From positions 6,232 to 70,231 of the forward strand of contig DATGXI010000034.1 of NCBI GenBank assembly GCA_035299065.1: DNA of 64,000 nt, read 5' to 3'. Positions within the stretch are counted from its first letter, which is position 1; each line of letters opens with the position of its first letter. The stretch is from Flavobacteriales bacterium (GTDB lineage Bacteria > Bacteroidota > Bacteroidia > Flavobacteriales_D > UBA2798). Both the position numbers and the translations under genes were made by a program. Shown in pieces: positions 31,470 to 41,425 of this stretch. Below the pieces are notes generated by a model. The model worked only from the letters and a program-made list of their open reading frames with translations, had not been told where the DNA came from and did not search any database.

Positions 31470-32090
31470 TGAGTGTAGATCTCGCTGATTTATTTTATGC
31501 AGAGACAGTGCGCGCTGATCTCGCAGATCTCGCAGATTTTTTTTGTGACCATGTTTTTTTCACGCAGATAGCGCAGAAATACGCAGATTTTTATTGATGT
31601 GACCTGGTGTCCTTGTGGCAACGCAACATTCCGCGCAGATCTCGCAGATTTATTTTATGCAGAGACAGTGCGCGCTGATCTCGCTGATCTCGCAGATTTT
31701 TTTAGTGACAACAGCCATGTTTTTTCACGCAGATAGCGCAGAAATACGCAGATTTTTATTGATGTGACCTGGTGTCCTTGTGGCAACGCAACATTCCGCG
31801 CTGATCTCGCAGATCTCGCAGATTTATTTTATGCAGAGACAGTGCGCGCTGATCTCGCTGATCTCGCGGATTTATTTTATGCAGAGACAGTGCGCGCAGA
31901 TCTCGCAGATTTATTTTGTGACAACAGTCATTTTTTTTCACGCAGAAAACGCAGAAATACGCAGATTATTTTGATTTACTTTGTGCTTATACATGGCGCG
32001 CAGATCTCGCAAATCTCGCAGATTTTTCACGTGACAACAGCCATTTTTTTTCACGCAGAATACGCAGATTTTTATTGGTGGACTTAGCGG
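31470..32090. repeat. complex tandem/nested repeat built from GCAGATCTCGC(A/T)GAT-type motifs, with a higher-order unit of about 165 bp
   Basis: TTATTGATGTGACCTGGTGTCCTTGTGGCAACGCAACATTCCGCGC occurs at 31591 and 31756. TTTATTTTATGCAGAGACAGTGCGCGC occurs 4 times. CACGCAGA(T/A)A(G/A)CGCAGAAATACGCAGATT occurs 3-4 times. Confidence 0.9.
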
Positions 32091-32127
32091 CTTTGTGAGT
32101 ACGTGGCTAAAGTTGTATAGATAAAAT

Positions 32128-32538
32128 ATGTATTTTTGTTTAATGGCCAGGCAACCTAAGCCCATACCGTTTGACTTTATTCTTGACGAATTGTTTTCAT
32201 TAAACCCACGTGTTAATCCCATGTTTGGGTGCCATGCTATATATGTGGGCGAAAAACTGTATTTTATTGTGCGTGATAAACCCGGTGTACACGAAGAATC
32301 AAACGGGGTTTGGATATCCACCTCAACCGAACACCATGCCAGCCTCCAAAAGGAATTTCCAGCGCTTAAATCGGTTGAAATACTAAGTATGCCCAGCAGG
32401 GAAACGCCCTGGCGTATGCTTCATAAAGACGAGGAGCGTTTTGAGAGCGATGTTATTCGTATTTGCAGCCTTGTAAAAAAGGGTGATCCCAGGCTTGGCA
32501 AGGTACCCCAGAAAAAGAATAAGAAAAAACAAAAATAA
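32128..32538 (+). CDS. hypothetical protein with Lys-rich C-terminal tail
   Basis: 136-aa ORF. A TATTTTTG -7 box at 32131-32138 lies inside the ORF, so the ATG at 32143 (MARQPKP...) is the more likely start. Confidence 0.45.
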   Translation: MYFCLMARQPKPIPFDFILDELFSLNPRVNPMFGCHAIYVGEKLYFIVRDKPGVHEESNGVWISTSTEHHASLQKEFPALKSVEILSMPSRETPWRMLHKDEERFESDVIRICSLVKKGDPRLGKVPQKKNKKKQK

Positions 32539-32590
32539 TATAAGATTGTTTGGGGGTTTGTACCTAATTTTAGGTTTAACAGGCTAACTA

Positions 32591-33457
32591 TTGCCTCTCA
32601 AAAAAAAACCTATGAAAACCCTTTTAACCACTTGCATACTAACAGCCTTATTTGTAACGGCCCAGTCACAGGACAACGATAAAAAATTTCGTTTTGGACT
32701 GAAAATGACCCCTTCATTCAACTGGCTTAAGATTGATGATACCAAAACATTTGAAGGCAACGGTGCCGTCATGAAATTTGGTTATGGCCTTATTACTGAA
32801 TTTAACCTTACAGGTACCATTTGGTTCTCAACCGGGTTACAGGTTGATTACGATGGTGGAAGAATAAGAACTACTTCAACCGATCCTTTTCTTGACAATA
32901 CCAGCGGAAAAGTATTTTACCAGTATGATGAGAACAAAGGCCTGGCTGAATACGACAATACGGATAACGGCTATAAAACCTACTGGTTACGTGAACGCAC
33001 TTACCGCACAACGTACATTACATTGCCTATTCAGTTGCGCATGAAGACCAAGGAAATTGGTATGCTTACCTATTTCGGGAACATTGGTATCAATGCTTCA
33101 TTCCAGGCAAAAACACGTGTAACTGATGTTACAAATCAAATTAACAGCGGTGGCGGACTTGGTTACCAATCCTCCACCACCGAATTTGACAGGCTTGTGA
33201 TGAGTGATGACATGAACCCTGTTCGCCTGGGACTTGTTATTGGTGGCGGTGCCGAAATGAACCTTTCAGGCAGCACCTCATTGTTGTTTGGCCTGCATTT
33301 TTTCCAGGGCTTTACCAATACGGTGAAAAAAGAATCGAAGTATTTACTGGACGGTGAAAAAACAACTGCTGCTTCAACTACTGAATACAAACCTGTGGCA
33401 CAGGAACAAAAATTCCTGAACAACAACATTACCATTACGGTTGGTGTTTTGTTTTAA
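32591..33457 (+). CDS. outer-membrane beta-barrel (porin-family) protein
   Basis: Signal peptide MKTLLTTCILTALFVTAQSQ begins at the ATG at 32612, which is the likely true start. Alternating beta pattern and C-terminal ...VGVLF. Confidence 0.6.
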   Translation: MPLKKKPMKTLLTTCILTALFVTAQSQDNDKKFRFGLKMTPSFNWLKIDDTKTFEGNGAVMKFGYGLITEFNLTGTIWFSTGLQVDYDGGRIRTTSTDPFLDNTSGKVFYQYDENKGLAEYDNTDNGYKTYWLRERTYRTTYITLPIQLRMKTKEIGMLTYFGNIGINASFQAKTRVTDVTNQINSGGGLGYQSSTTEFDRLVMSDDMNPVRLGLVIGGGAEMNLSGSTSLLFGLHFFQGFTNTVKKESKYLLDGEKTTAASTTEYKPVAQEQKFLNNNITITVGVLF

Positions 33458-33680
33458 TGAACGTACCATTACCTGACTTTTTCAAACCGTAAAGGCAATT
33501 TGCCTGTACCTGGAATGAATTCCATTTGATGTTCACTGCAATTCATGATTTGTATGAATGAAACCTGCGCACCCGCGCAGGTAAGTTCCATAAAATTACG
33601 GTCCTCTGCCACCATGTATTCCCACGTTCCCGTGTTACAATTGAATCGCCCCGGGGTTGTTTCCCGTGTACCCTTATGCA

Positions 33681-35660
33681 TTACACCCTTACACCAATAA
33701 CACATACGTCATCCAGCTGCTCATACTCGCCTTTCCAGTTTTCAAATTCATGGTCCAGCATTTCACGTTGCTTCTCCAGATCCAAACCATATATTTCGTT
33801 TAACTTTTCCTTGAACTGACTGTATTTAAATTTTTTTCCCTGTGGTCCTCCAAACTGGTCGGCATACCCATCGGTAAATAAATAAAAAGCATCGTCTTTT
33901 TCAAGTTCAATTTTGTGGTTGGTAAATGGTTTTGGGTTTGAATGGTAGCCTATGGGCTGTTTGTCCGCCTTAATTTCAACAAACTCATTTCCTGTTGTTG
34001 ATTTTTTTATGATCCAGAGCGGGTTGTTGGCCCCGGCCCATTGCAGCTCTTTTGTTTTTAAATTCAGCCGCATCATGCTTATGTCCATTCCATCTTTATT
34101 CTCACCGGTTGCACCGGTTTGCGAAAGTTCCTGTATGAACCGTGCACGCAACTTATCAAGAATCTGGGCAGGAGTCAACAATTCGGTTGAGGCATTTATT
34201 TCATTTAAAAACGCAACGCCCAACATGGTCAAAAACGCACCGGGAACACCGTGGCCTGTGCAATCAGCTGCTGCCAGGTACAGGTGTTCCTGCTTTTCGC
34301 TTGCCCAGTAAAAATCACCCGCAACAATGTCCTTAGGCCTGAAATAAATAAAATGCCTGGGCAAATGGGACGATACGTGCGTTTGCTCCTTTAACAGGGC
34401 CAATTGAATGCGCTTGGCATAATTTATACTATCGGTAATGTCTTTGTTTTTTTCTTCAACAAATCTCTTTTGTTCTTCAATCAACTGGTTTTTTTCTTCC
34501 AAAACAAGGTTGGCTTTCTTTTTTTGACGGTAGGTGCGAACCATGTACAACAACAACACCATTACCAGCAATAACCCGCCAATGGCCGCGTAAACAATGG
34601 TATTTCTTTTGCTCAGTTCGGCATTGTGTTCAGCTGTTTTTTGCTGGTCAGCCAACTCCTGCTCATGGGCTTTGCGTTCAATTTCATAGCTGAACTGCAC
34701 TTCGTTCACGCGTTTTGAGTTTTCAAACTGGTTTAACGAATCGCTGTAGGTATAGTATTTTTTTGCATAGGCATAGGCTTTGGCCTTATCGTTCTTGTGC
34801 TCGTACAGCAACGACAATTCCCTGTAATAGTTGCACAACAGTTCGCACAGCCCCATTTTTTCGGCATAGGTTAAACCGTTGAGCAAATTCTCACCCATTT
34901 TTTCATAATTTTTTTGCTTAAAATAAATTCCCGCAATTTTTAAATAGTTTTGCGATACCAGGGGCAGGTCAGCCAGCTCAATGCTTACCGGTAACGATGC
35001 ATTGTAATAATGCAGGGCCGAATCATACATGTTTTGATCGTTGTAAACATGCCCCATGTTTTGAAGTGTATTGCTTATGCCACGCTTATAGCCTATTTTT
35101 TGCGACAGCATGTTTGATTTGCGAAACCAAAAATAAGCCGAGTCATAGTTTTTGTGCTTGTAATGCGAAAATCCCTTGTTGTTATAAATATTTGTTTCGC
35201 CTTCGGTATCGCCAATGCGCTTTTTTATAGCCAGCGATTTGTTCAGGTAAATCATGGACTGGCTGTGGTTCAATTGCATTACATAAATATTGGCCAGGGC
35301 CAGGTACGATGCTGATAATAAAAAATCGTTTTTTTCCTTTTCGCAAATTTCAATGGCCTTTACGGCATGTTCAAGTGAATTTTTAAAATCGTCAATTAAA
35401 AAATAGGCTTTTGCCAGTTCAAAGCTTGATTTGGCAATACCCATTTGGTAATTTATTTTTTTGGATAGTTCCAGGGCTTTGTAGGCAATTTTTATGCTTT
35501 CCTGGGTGTCCTTATAGCGTATTTCAAATGCTTTTTTGTTCAACGCACCAATGCGTGCCGTGTCTTTAGCCCAATTGGCTTTACCCTGCGCAGCGGTATA
35601 AAAGCTACCCAGGCTGTAAACAAGAACAACAATCCATTTTAGTTGCGCACGCATGATCAT
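33681..35660 (-). CDS. TPR-repeat sensor with C-terminal SpoIIE/PP2C phosphatase domain
   Basis: Signal/TM, TPR-like repeats, a TM helix (VYAAIGGLLLVMVLLLYMV), a coiled coil, then PP2C (GDFYW, DCTGHGVPGA, TDGYADQFGG). Start placed at MIMRAQLKW; the ORF track extends to 35753. Confidence 0.8.
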   Translation of the reverse strand: MIMRAQLKWIVVLVYSLGSFYTAAQGKANWAKDTARIGALNKKAFEIRYKDTQESIKIAYKALELSKKINYQMGIAKSSFELAKAYFLIDDFKNSLEHAVKAIEICEKEKNDFLLSASYLALANIYVMQLNHSQSMIYLNKSLAIKKRIGDTEGETNIYNNKGFSHYKHKNYDSAYFWFRKSNMLSQKIGYKRGISNTLQNMGHVYNDQNMYDSALHYYNASLPVSIELADLPLVSQNYLKIAGIYFKQKNYEKMGENLLNGLTYAEKMGLCELLCNYYRELSLLYEHKNDKAKAYAYAKKYYTYSDSLNQFENSKRVNEVQFSYEIERKAHEQELADQQKTAEHNAELSKRNTIVYAAIGGLLLVMVLLLYMVRTYRQKKKANLVLEEKNQLIEEQKRFVEEKNKDITDSINYAKRIQLALLKEQTHVSSHLPRHFIYFRPKDIVAGDFYWASEKQEHLYLAAADCTGHGVPGAFLTMLGVAFLNEINASTELLTPAQILDKLRARFIQELSQTGATGENKDGMDISMMRLNLKTKELQWAGANNPLWIIKKSTTGNEFVEIKADKQPIGYHSNPKPFTNHKIELEKDDAFYLFTDGYADQFGGPQGKKFKYSQFKEKLNEIYGLDLEKQREMLDHEFENWKGEYEQLDDVCVIGVRV

Positions 35661-35728
35661 TGTATGAATGTGGATTATAATAAGCAAAACGTATATAAGG
35701 TAAATACCGTATTTTACCGTAGGCCGGG

Positions 35729-38044
35729 TTAAACCCTGATACCTATCACGCACACGTCATCAATCTGCTCCAGTGAACCGCGCCATTTTTCAAACTCATC
35801 GTTCAAAATATGTTTTTGTTCTTCCATGGGCTTGTCGTGAATTTCCTGCAACAGGTTTTGCATGGTTTTGTACTTGAATTTTTTGCCGTTAGGGCCACCA
35901 AACTGATCGGCATACCCGTCACTGAACAAATAAATACAATCGCCTTTTTTAATATCAATTACATTGTTGGTAAATGGCTTGCGGTAATCAAATTTACCAA
36001 TGGGTTGTTTGTCGGCTTTTATTTCTTCAATCTCACGCGTGTCATGGCGTACAATCCACATAGGGTTATGCGCGGCTGCAAACTCCATTTTGCCGGCTTT
36101 AAAATCAATTGAGCACAGTGAAATGTCCATCCCATCTTTTACTTCGTGGTCCTGCGTTTCAAAGGTTTCAATTACCAGGTCACATAATTTGTCAAGTATA
36201 TCACTTGGTTTTTTTAAACCAAATTCTTTTACGCAACGGTCAAGGTTATTTGCGCCCACCACACTTACCATGGCGCCAGGCACACCGTGACCGGTACAGT
36301 CAACCGCAGCAATTTTTATTTCGTTGCCGTGGGTGTACATCCAGTAAAAATCGCCACTCACAATGTCTTTTGGTTTGAACAAAATAAAACTATCGGTCAA
36401 ATGTGATTTAACTGCTGTTACCGTTGGTAAAATGGCGTTTTGCAAGCGTTGTGCGTAGTTGATGGAGTCAAGAATTTCTTTGTTTTTTTCCTCCACCATT
36501 TCTTTTTGGCGGTGCAGGTCATGCGTACGTTCGGCAACTTTTTGTTCCAGGTTGGCATTGATGTGTTTTAAATCACCAATGAGGTTTTTAATGGACACCT
36601 GCATTTTTTTAAAGCTCAGGGCAAGTATACCAATCTCATCTTTACGTTTGATGGTGATTTCCACATCCATGTTGCCTTTGGCAATTTCGCGGGCATCGTA
36701 GGTTAATAATTTTAAGGGTTTGGTCATTCCGCGCGCAATAACCACCGATGCAAGAATAACCAGGCCAACCAATCCTGCAAAACAGTACACAATAAACCTG
36801 CGCAGGCTGTATACTTCCTGGAATGCTTCCTCCTCATCAATTTCGCTCATAATGACCCAGTGCATGCCTTTGATGTTAAGCGGGCGGTAGGCCGACAAAA
36901 CAGGCACGTCACGGTAATCGGGAAACGTTTCGGCATTGGTTTCACCTTTCAATGCTGCTTTTGTTCCCTGGGTTTTTACTTCCTGCAAACCAATTGAGCT
37001 GTTGAATGAGCGAATTTCTTTGATCACCTCGGGTTTTACGCCCAGGCCTTTGATCATTTTAAAATAATTGGTACTGTCTTCAATCAAAAAACGCGATTGG
37101 TTGCGCAGTTTATAGTCTTCGCCCACCAAATACGTTTCGCCCGATTTGCCCAAACCAACTTTTTCCCATTGCTGTTTGTTGGTCATAACATCGTTAATGC
37201 GTGCTATGGGCAATTGAAAAATAAGTACACCTATTTTTGTCTGGTCATCGTAAATAGGCGCTGCAATAAAAGCAGCAGGCGCGTAATACGAAGGGTTGTA
37301 GGGTTTAAAATCAACCAGCTTTACAAAATCTTTGTTGTCGGTTTCGGCTGCTTCGCGAAAAGCTTCGGCCAGGTTGGTGTTTTTAAACGGACCGGTTAAC
37401 AGCGATGTGGCAAAATCAACCTCCTTGAAAACCGAGTAAATAATGTTCCCGGTTTTGTTGTCAACTATAAAAATATCATAGTAACCAAACTTCTCCAGGT
37501 ATTTTTTTACAACCGGATGAAAGTTTGCATGTGCTTTGCTGTAGCCGCTGGTGTCATTGTACGGCTGGTTTAAAAAATGTTTTTCGCCAACGGGGTTTGG
37601 ATTGCTTGCAATGTATTGTGTTTGTAAAATGCGTGTATGAATGTCTTTTGACGACTCGGTTTCAAACGTAGCTTTTGTTCTTAAATTTTTGTTGAGCCTT
37701 GGCAAATACTCCTTTTCAAAATACTGGCGCAGGAGTGAATCGTTTGCGCGCATGTTTGCCTCGTTAAAGCCCGTTGATTTGTCAATGTTGTTGAACGCCT
37801 CTTTTAACCTGCGTGTGCCGTACACAATCATACGGTCTTCGGCAAACGTTGAAACCTGGTCACTTATCAATTGAAAATAATCTTCAATTTGCGTAGCTTT
37901 CATTTCACGCACAGCCGTGAGGCGGTTAAACGATTCGTATTTTAACGAGCTTTTGGCTTTGTGGTAGGATATGATTCCAACCACCAGCATTGAAAAAAAT
38001 GCGATGATGAAAAAATAGATGGTTAGTTTTAATCCTATTTTCAT
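35729..38044 (-). CDS. Cache-domain/HAMP sensor with C-terminal SpoIIE/PP2C phosphatase domain
   Basis: 771 aa. TM helix, about 400-aa extracytoplasmic Cache-like region, second TM helix, HAMP (RGMTKPLKLL...), then a PP2C domain very similar to the downstream paralog. Confidence 0.8.
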   Translation of the reverse strand: MKIGLKLTIYFFIIAFFSMLVVGIISYHKAKSSLKYESFNRLTAVREMKATQIEDYFQLISDQVSTFAEDRMIVYGTRRLKEAFNNIDKSTGFNEANMRANDSLLRQYFEKEYLPRLNKNLRTKATFETESSKDIHTRILQTQYIASNPNPVGEKHFLNQPYNDTSGYSKAHANFHPVVKKYLEKFGYYDIFIVDNKTGNIIYSVFKEVDFATSLLTGPFKNTNLAEAFREAAETDNKDFVKLVDFKPYNPSYYAPAAFIAAPIYDDQTKIGVLIFQLPIARINDVMTNKQQWEKVGLGKSGETYLVGEDYKLRNQSRFLIEDSTNYFKMIKGLGVKPEVIKEIRSFNSSIGLQEVKTQGTKAALKGETNAETFPDYRDVPVLSAYRPLNIKGMHWVIMSEIDEEEAFQEVYSLRRFIVYCFAGLVGLVILASVVIARGMTKPLKLLTYDAREIAKGNMDVEITIKRKDEIGILALSFKKMQVSIKNLIGDLKHINANLEQKVAERTHDLHRQKEMVEEKNKEILDSINYAQRLQNAILPTVTAVKSHLTDSFILFKPKDIVSGDFYWMYTHGNEIKIAAVDCTGHGVPGAMVSVVGANNLDRCVKEFGLKKPSDILDKLCDLVIETFETQDHEVKDGMDISLCSIDFKAGKMEFAAAHNPMWIVRHDTREIEEIKADKQPIGKFDYRKPFTNNVIDIKKGDCIYLFSDGYADQFGGPNGKKFKYKTMQNLLQEIHDKPMEEQKHILNDEFEKWRGSLEQIDDVCVIGIRV

Positions 38045-38370
38045 TTGGTGTAGTGGTGGTTAAGGCAGGCTGCTAATTTAGTAACTAATTGGTTAGCGGT
38101 TACATAAAAACAGTAACACCGGCCTTTTTTTAATTGGTTGATTTATATACCAAAACAGGCCCTTTCAGGTTTTAGGTACGGGGTATTATACTGCTAAATG
38201 CCGTGGTAAGCCTGTTTATTTAAAAGGGCAAAACCTTAGTTAAATCAACGCTTTACAGGGCATTAACATATATTTAAGCTTACCAGGCCAAATAATGTGC
38301 ATATTTGAAATACGCATGTGCCGCTAAGCGCAAACAGGTGTGTACATGACTACCGGAACAGAACTATACA

Positions 38371-39609
38371 ATGACCGAGGAAACTAAAAAAGGCGGGAAA
38401 TTACATGACAAGCTTAGTCTTATGGACTTTAAGCTCAACTCGCTTTTGGACATTACCAAGGCCATTAACTCAAACAACAGTACTGAAAAATTACTTGATA
38501 TTTATAAATTCATACTCAAAGAGCAGTTGGGCATTACCAAGCTTATGCTGTTTACGTTTGACAACAATTGGGTATGTATTTTAAAATACGGTATTAAAGC
38601 AGCCAGTAAGGAAATAAACGTAAAAAATGATTTAACCCGTGTAAAAGAAATTACCGTGATTGAATCATCGTCAAAAGAGTATTTGAATTCATTTGACGTT
38701 GTTATACCTGTTTTTCATAAGGACTCGCCACTGGCGTATTTGTTGATTGGTGATTTGGATGAAGATGAATTAAAAATATCGCCCACCATCAAGCACATGC
38801 CTTTTATTCAAACCCTCACCAACATAATTGTGGTGGCCATTGAAAACAAAAGGCTGGCCAAGGAAGGCATTAAGCAGGAATTGATTAAAAAAGAACTGCA
38901 GGTAGCCAGTGAAATGCAAACACTGTTGCTGCCTGATAATTTGCCAAGTGATACCAAAGTTGACATAGCCGCCTTGTACAAAGCGCACCAGCAAGTGGGT
39001 GGTGATTATTATGATTACATACCGGTTGATGAGGATGAGTTTGTGTTTTGCATAAGTGATGTGAGCGGCAAAGGCATATCGGCAGCGTTGTTAATGGCCA
39101 ATTTTCAGGCAAATTTGCGCGCGTTAATTAAGTATACCAATTACAGTTTAAGCAAAATAGTTGAGGAGTTAAATACAAGCGTAACGCAAAGTGCCAAGGG
39201 CGAAAAATTTATTACCCTGTTTATTGCGCGTTACAACATTATTTCGCGCAAGTTGACGTATATAAACTGTGGCCACAACCACCCGGTATTTTCAACCGGT
39301 GTAGAGGTGCGTTATTTGGTAAGCGGTACAACCGGTTTGGGCATGGTTGATGAGTTGCCCGCCATTGAGGAAGCGCAATTGTACGTGCCGGCAAACAGCA
39401 TGTTGTTGTGTTATACCGATGGGTTGACCGAGATTGAGAACGAGGACAACGAATCGTTCAGCATGGAAAAACTGATTGACACCATTCATAAAAATTACGA
39501 TCACAAAATGGCCCGCATGAATGAGCTGATATTTGAGGCCGTTGACAAGCACAGGGGCAAAGCACCGTTTTTTGATGATACTGCTTTGTTTAGTGTGCGG
39601 TTTCATTAG
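38371..39609 (+). CDS. GAF-domain SpoIIE/PP2C phosphatase (RsbU-like)
   Basis: 412 aa. N-terminal GAF-like region followed by PP2C motifs (GGDYYDY, SDVSGKGISAALLMA, YTDGLTE). Confidence 0.8.
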   Translation: MTEETKKGGKLHDKLSLMDFKLNSLLDITKAINSNNSTEKLLDIYKFILKEQLGITKLMLFTFDNNWVCILKYGIKAASKEINVKNDLTRVKEITVIESSSKEYLNSFDVVIPVFHKDSPLAYLLIGDLDEDELKISPTIKHMPFIQTLTNIIVVAIENKRLAKEGIKQELIKKELQVASEMQTLLLPDNLPSDTKVDIAALYKAHQQVGGDYYDYIPVDEDEFVFCISDVSGKGISAALLMANFQANLRALIKYTNYSLSKIVEELNTSVTQSAKGEKFITLFIARYNIISRKLTYINCGHNHPVFSTGVEVRYLVSGTTGLGMVDELPAIEEAQLYVPANSMLLCYTDGLTEIENEDNESFSMEKLIDTIHKNYDHKMARMNELIFEAVDKHRGKAPFFDDTALFSVRFH

Positions 39610-39779
39610 TGAGATGTGAGATTTGAGTAGTGAGATTTGAGAAACGGGACTTTTAGGGCGCGGTTTTTAAACGAGGCTGTTATGCGTTAACCAACAAACT
39701 TCCATTGTATTTTTGTAAATTAGTTTGGCTGCCTCCCCTCGGGCAATAGCTTAAATTTTAAATCTCAGATCTTAAATTC

Positions 39780-39892
39780 CCTCGGGGCCGGGCTGTACGC
39801 TGTACTCCTCACCTTCAAAAAAAAATTTATGCCTTAATCAGAAAAAACGCTTTTTTTTGAAGGTTGCGGGGTGCCGCTTCCATCCCTGGCAG
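39780..39892 (-). repeat. GC-rich bipartite dispersed repeat, copy 2 (reverse orientation)
   Basis: The reverse complement reads CTGCCAGGGATGGAAGCGGCACCCCGCAACC, then A/T runs with TTAAGGC, then GGTGAGGAGTACAGCGTACAGCCCGGCCCCGAGG. Confidence 0.6.
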
Positions 39893-39993
39893 AAGGGGGG
39901 GATGAAAACAGTGCCCAACGTTTGAAAAATTGGTATAATTTAAGTCACTGCAAAACATTTATATTTGCCCGGCCTGTCACTTTTTAAGCTGTA

Positions 39994-40446
39994 ATGGAAA
40001 TACTAAAAACAAACCAATTAACTCCGTTACAGGCGCAACAGGTACATGAGTTGTGGAACCGGGAGTACCCTGTAAAACTGGCCAACCGTTTTAGCCTGTT
40101 GCTTGAAGGCGTTACCCGTTTTAACCATTACCTGATTGAAGATGGTGCAAAAAATGTGCTGGCCTGGGCCGTTGATTTTGATAAGGACGGTGAAACCCGT
40201 TTCTCCATCATTGTAAATACGGCACACCAACAAAAAGGCCTTGGCAGTTTACTGGTTGAAACATTAAAACGTGAAAACCATGAGTTTTTTGGGTGGGTAA
40301 TTGATCACAACAACGATGTGAAAAGCACTGGTGAGCATTACCAAACACCCATGCCCTTTTTTGTAAAACACGGCTTTGAAATTATGCATGGCGTGCGCAT
40401 TGAAAGTGATATGTTGCGTGCCGTAAAAATAAAATGGCGAAAATAA
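39994..40446 (+). CDS. GNAT-family N-acetyltransferase
   Basis: 150 aa with the Q-x-x-G-x-G motif (HQQKGLGSLLV). Confidence 0.6.
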   Translation: MEILKTNQLTPLQAQQVHELWNREYPVKLANRFSLLLEGVTRFNHYLIEDGAKNVLAWAVDFDKDGETRFSIIVNTAHQQKGLGSLLVETLKRENHEFFGWVIDHNNDVKSTGEHYQTPMPFFVKHGFEIMHGVRIESDMLRAVKIKWRK

Positions 40447-40467
40447 ATAGTTGCTATACTAAATGTT

Positions 40468-41079
40468 ATGACTGAAATGAATAAACCCAAAAAGCCGCTT
40501 TACAAACGTTTACTTATTTTTTGCCTGTTGTTTGGTTTGTTGCTTGCCATTGTTTTAGGCACCGCCACCACTCCGTTTGAAAAATTAACCGTTAAACAGC
40601 TTGTTTTAAAAGAGGACCCGCGTTTTGTGATTGAGCGCGAAGCGGGTTCAAAAAACAACGGGGTTGAGTATAAAATTTTATTGAGTTTTAATCAGTTTAA
40701 AGACACCCTGCACATAACTGGTAACGACCTGGAGTTTGCCAACCGCAAAGCCATACAGCAGGAATTGAAAGCGGGCGACCGTGTTACCGTTACCTACCAC
40801 GATGTGTTTTTATACGTATGCCAGCTTTCAAAAAACGGCAAAAATTATATGAATGCGCAGCAAGCGTTTAAAAGCGGGCGCAGCATTGAGTTGTTTTTGT
40901 TATGGTTGAGCATAGTGGGCAGTGTAACCTGTTTAGCTGGTTTTATATTTGTAAAACGCAACGTTAAACATGCGGGGTGGTTGTGTGCTGCAATTATTTT
41001 GGTTGCGGGGGTTATTTTGTTTTTTGCATTTGGCGTTCATTTTTCAAATACGGGTAATTATACTGAGTTTACCAGTTGA
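40468..41079 (+). CDS. hypothetical membrane protein
   Basis: 203 aa. N-terminal TM helix and two C-terminal TM helices. Confidence 0.4.
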   Translation: MTEMNKPKKPLYKRLLIFCLLFGLLLAIVLGTATTPFEKLTVKQLVLKEDPRFVIEREAGSKNNGVEYKILLSFNQFKDTLHITGNDLEFANRKAIQQELKAGDRVTVTYHDVFLYVCQLSKNGKNYMNAQQAFKSGRSIELFLLWLSIVGSVTCLAGFIFVKRNVKHAGWLCAAIILVAGVILFFAFGVHFSNTGNYTEFTS

Positions 41080-41093
41080 ACGGGGGGTTTTCA

Positions 41094-41180
41094 GGCCAGG
41101 GGTTGAAGCGGCACAAAGCGCAGTGTTTTGCGTACGGCTGTTTAGGTGAGGAGGCGACCAGCGGAAGCCACCGCAGCCAA
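41094..41180 (+). repeat. GC-rich bipartite dispersed repeat, copy 3 (shorter core)
   Basis: CCAGGGGTTGAAGCGGCACAAAGCGCAG ... GGTGAGGAGGCGACCAGCGGAAGCCACCGCAGCC. Lies at the junction between core genes and the recombinase. Confidence 0.5.
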
Positions 41181-41425
41181 ACAGGCGTAGCAAAATACAA
41201 GCGTAGTAAAGCGTAAAACCCGTTAAGGCCCAAAAAAAATAAAACTGAAAAAAATTGGTTTTTAAACCCGTTTGCGAAAGGCACGGTTTTGCCAGCATAC
41301 AAATTTATGCTCATTTATTTATTGGCGCATGGGTTTATTTTACTTTTTATAAAAAAACTACATATTGTAGTTAAACCAAGTGGGTTTTGCTGCTATTTTC
41401 ATTTTTTTTTTAATACACACACCCC

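Noticed and set aside
31470-32090. Possible CRISPR array, given the regular repeats after leuS.
   Set aside because: The repeats are nested and overlapping with no unique spacers of regular length between identical direct repeats. No cas genes are in the window.
31756-32321. ORFs 31756-31941(-), 31764-32087(+), 31780-31974(+) and 31938-32321(-).
   Set aside because: They lie entirely or largely in the GCAGAT repeat region and give low-complexity repeat translations (ADLADL, LRDLRD). The last one also runs antisense to the better-supported 32128-32538 gene.
33469-33705. 78-aa Cys-containing ORF on the minus strand between the porin-like gene and the TPR-PP2C gene.
   Set aside because: It overlaps the 3' end of the PP2C gene by 25 bp and has no recognisable motif or promoter. 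It cannot be supported from sequence alone, though it might be a genuine small protein.
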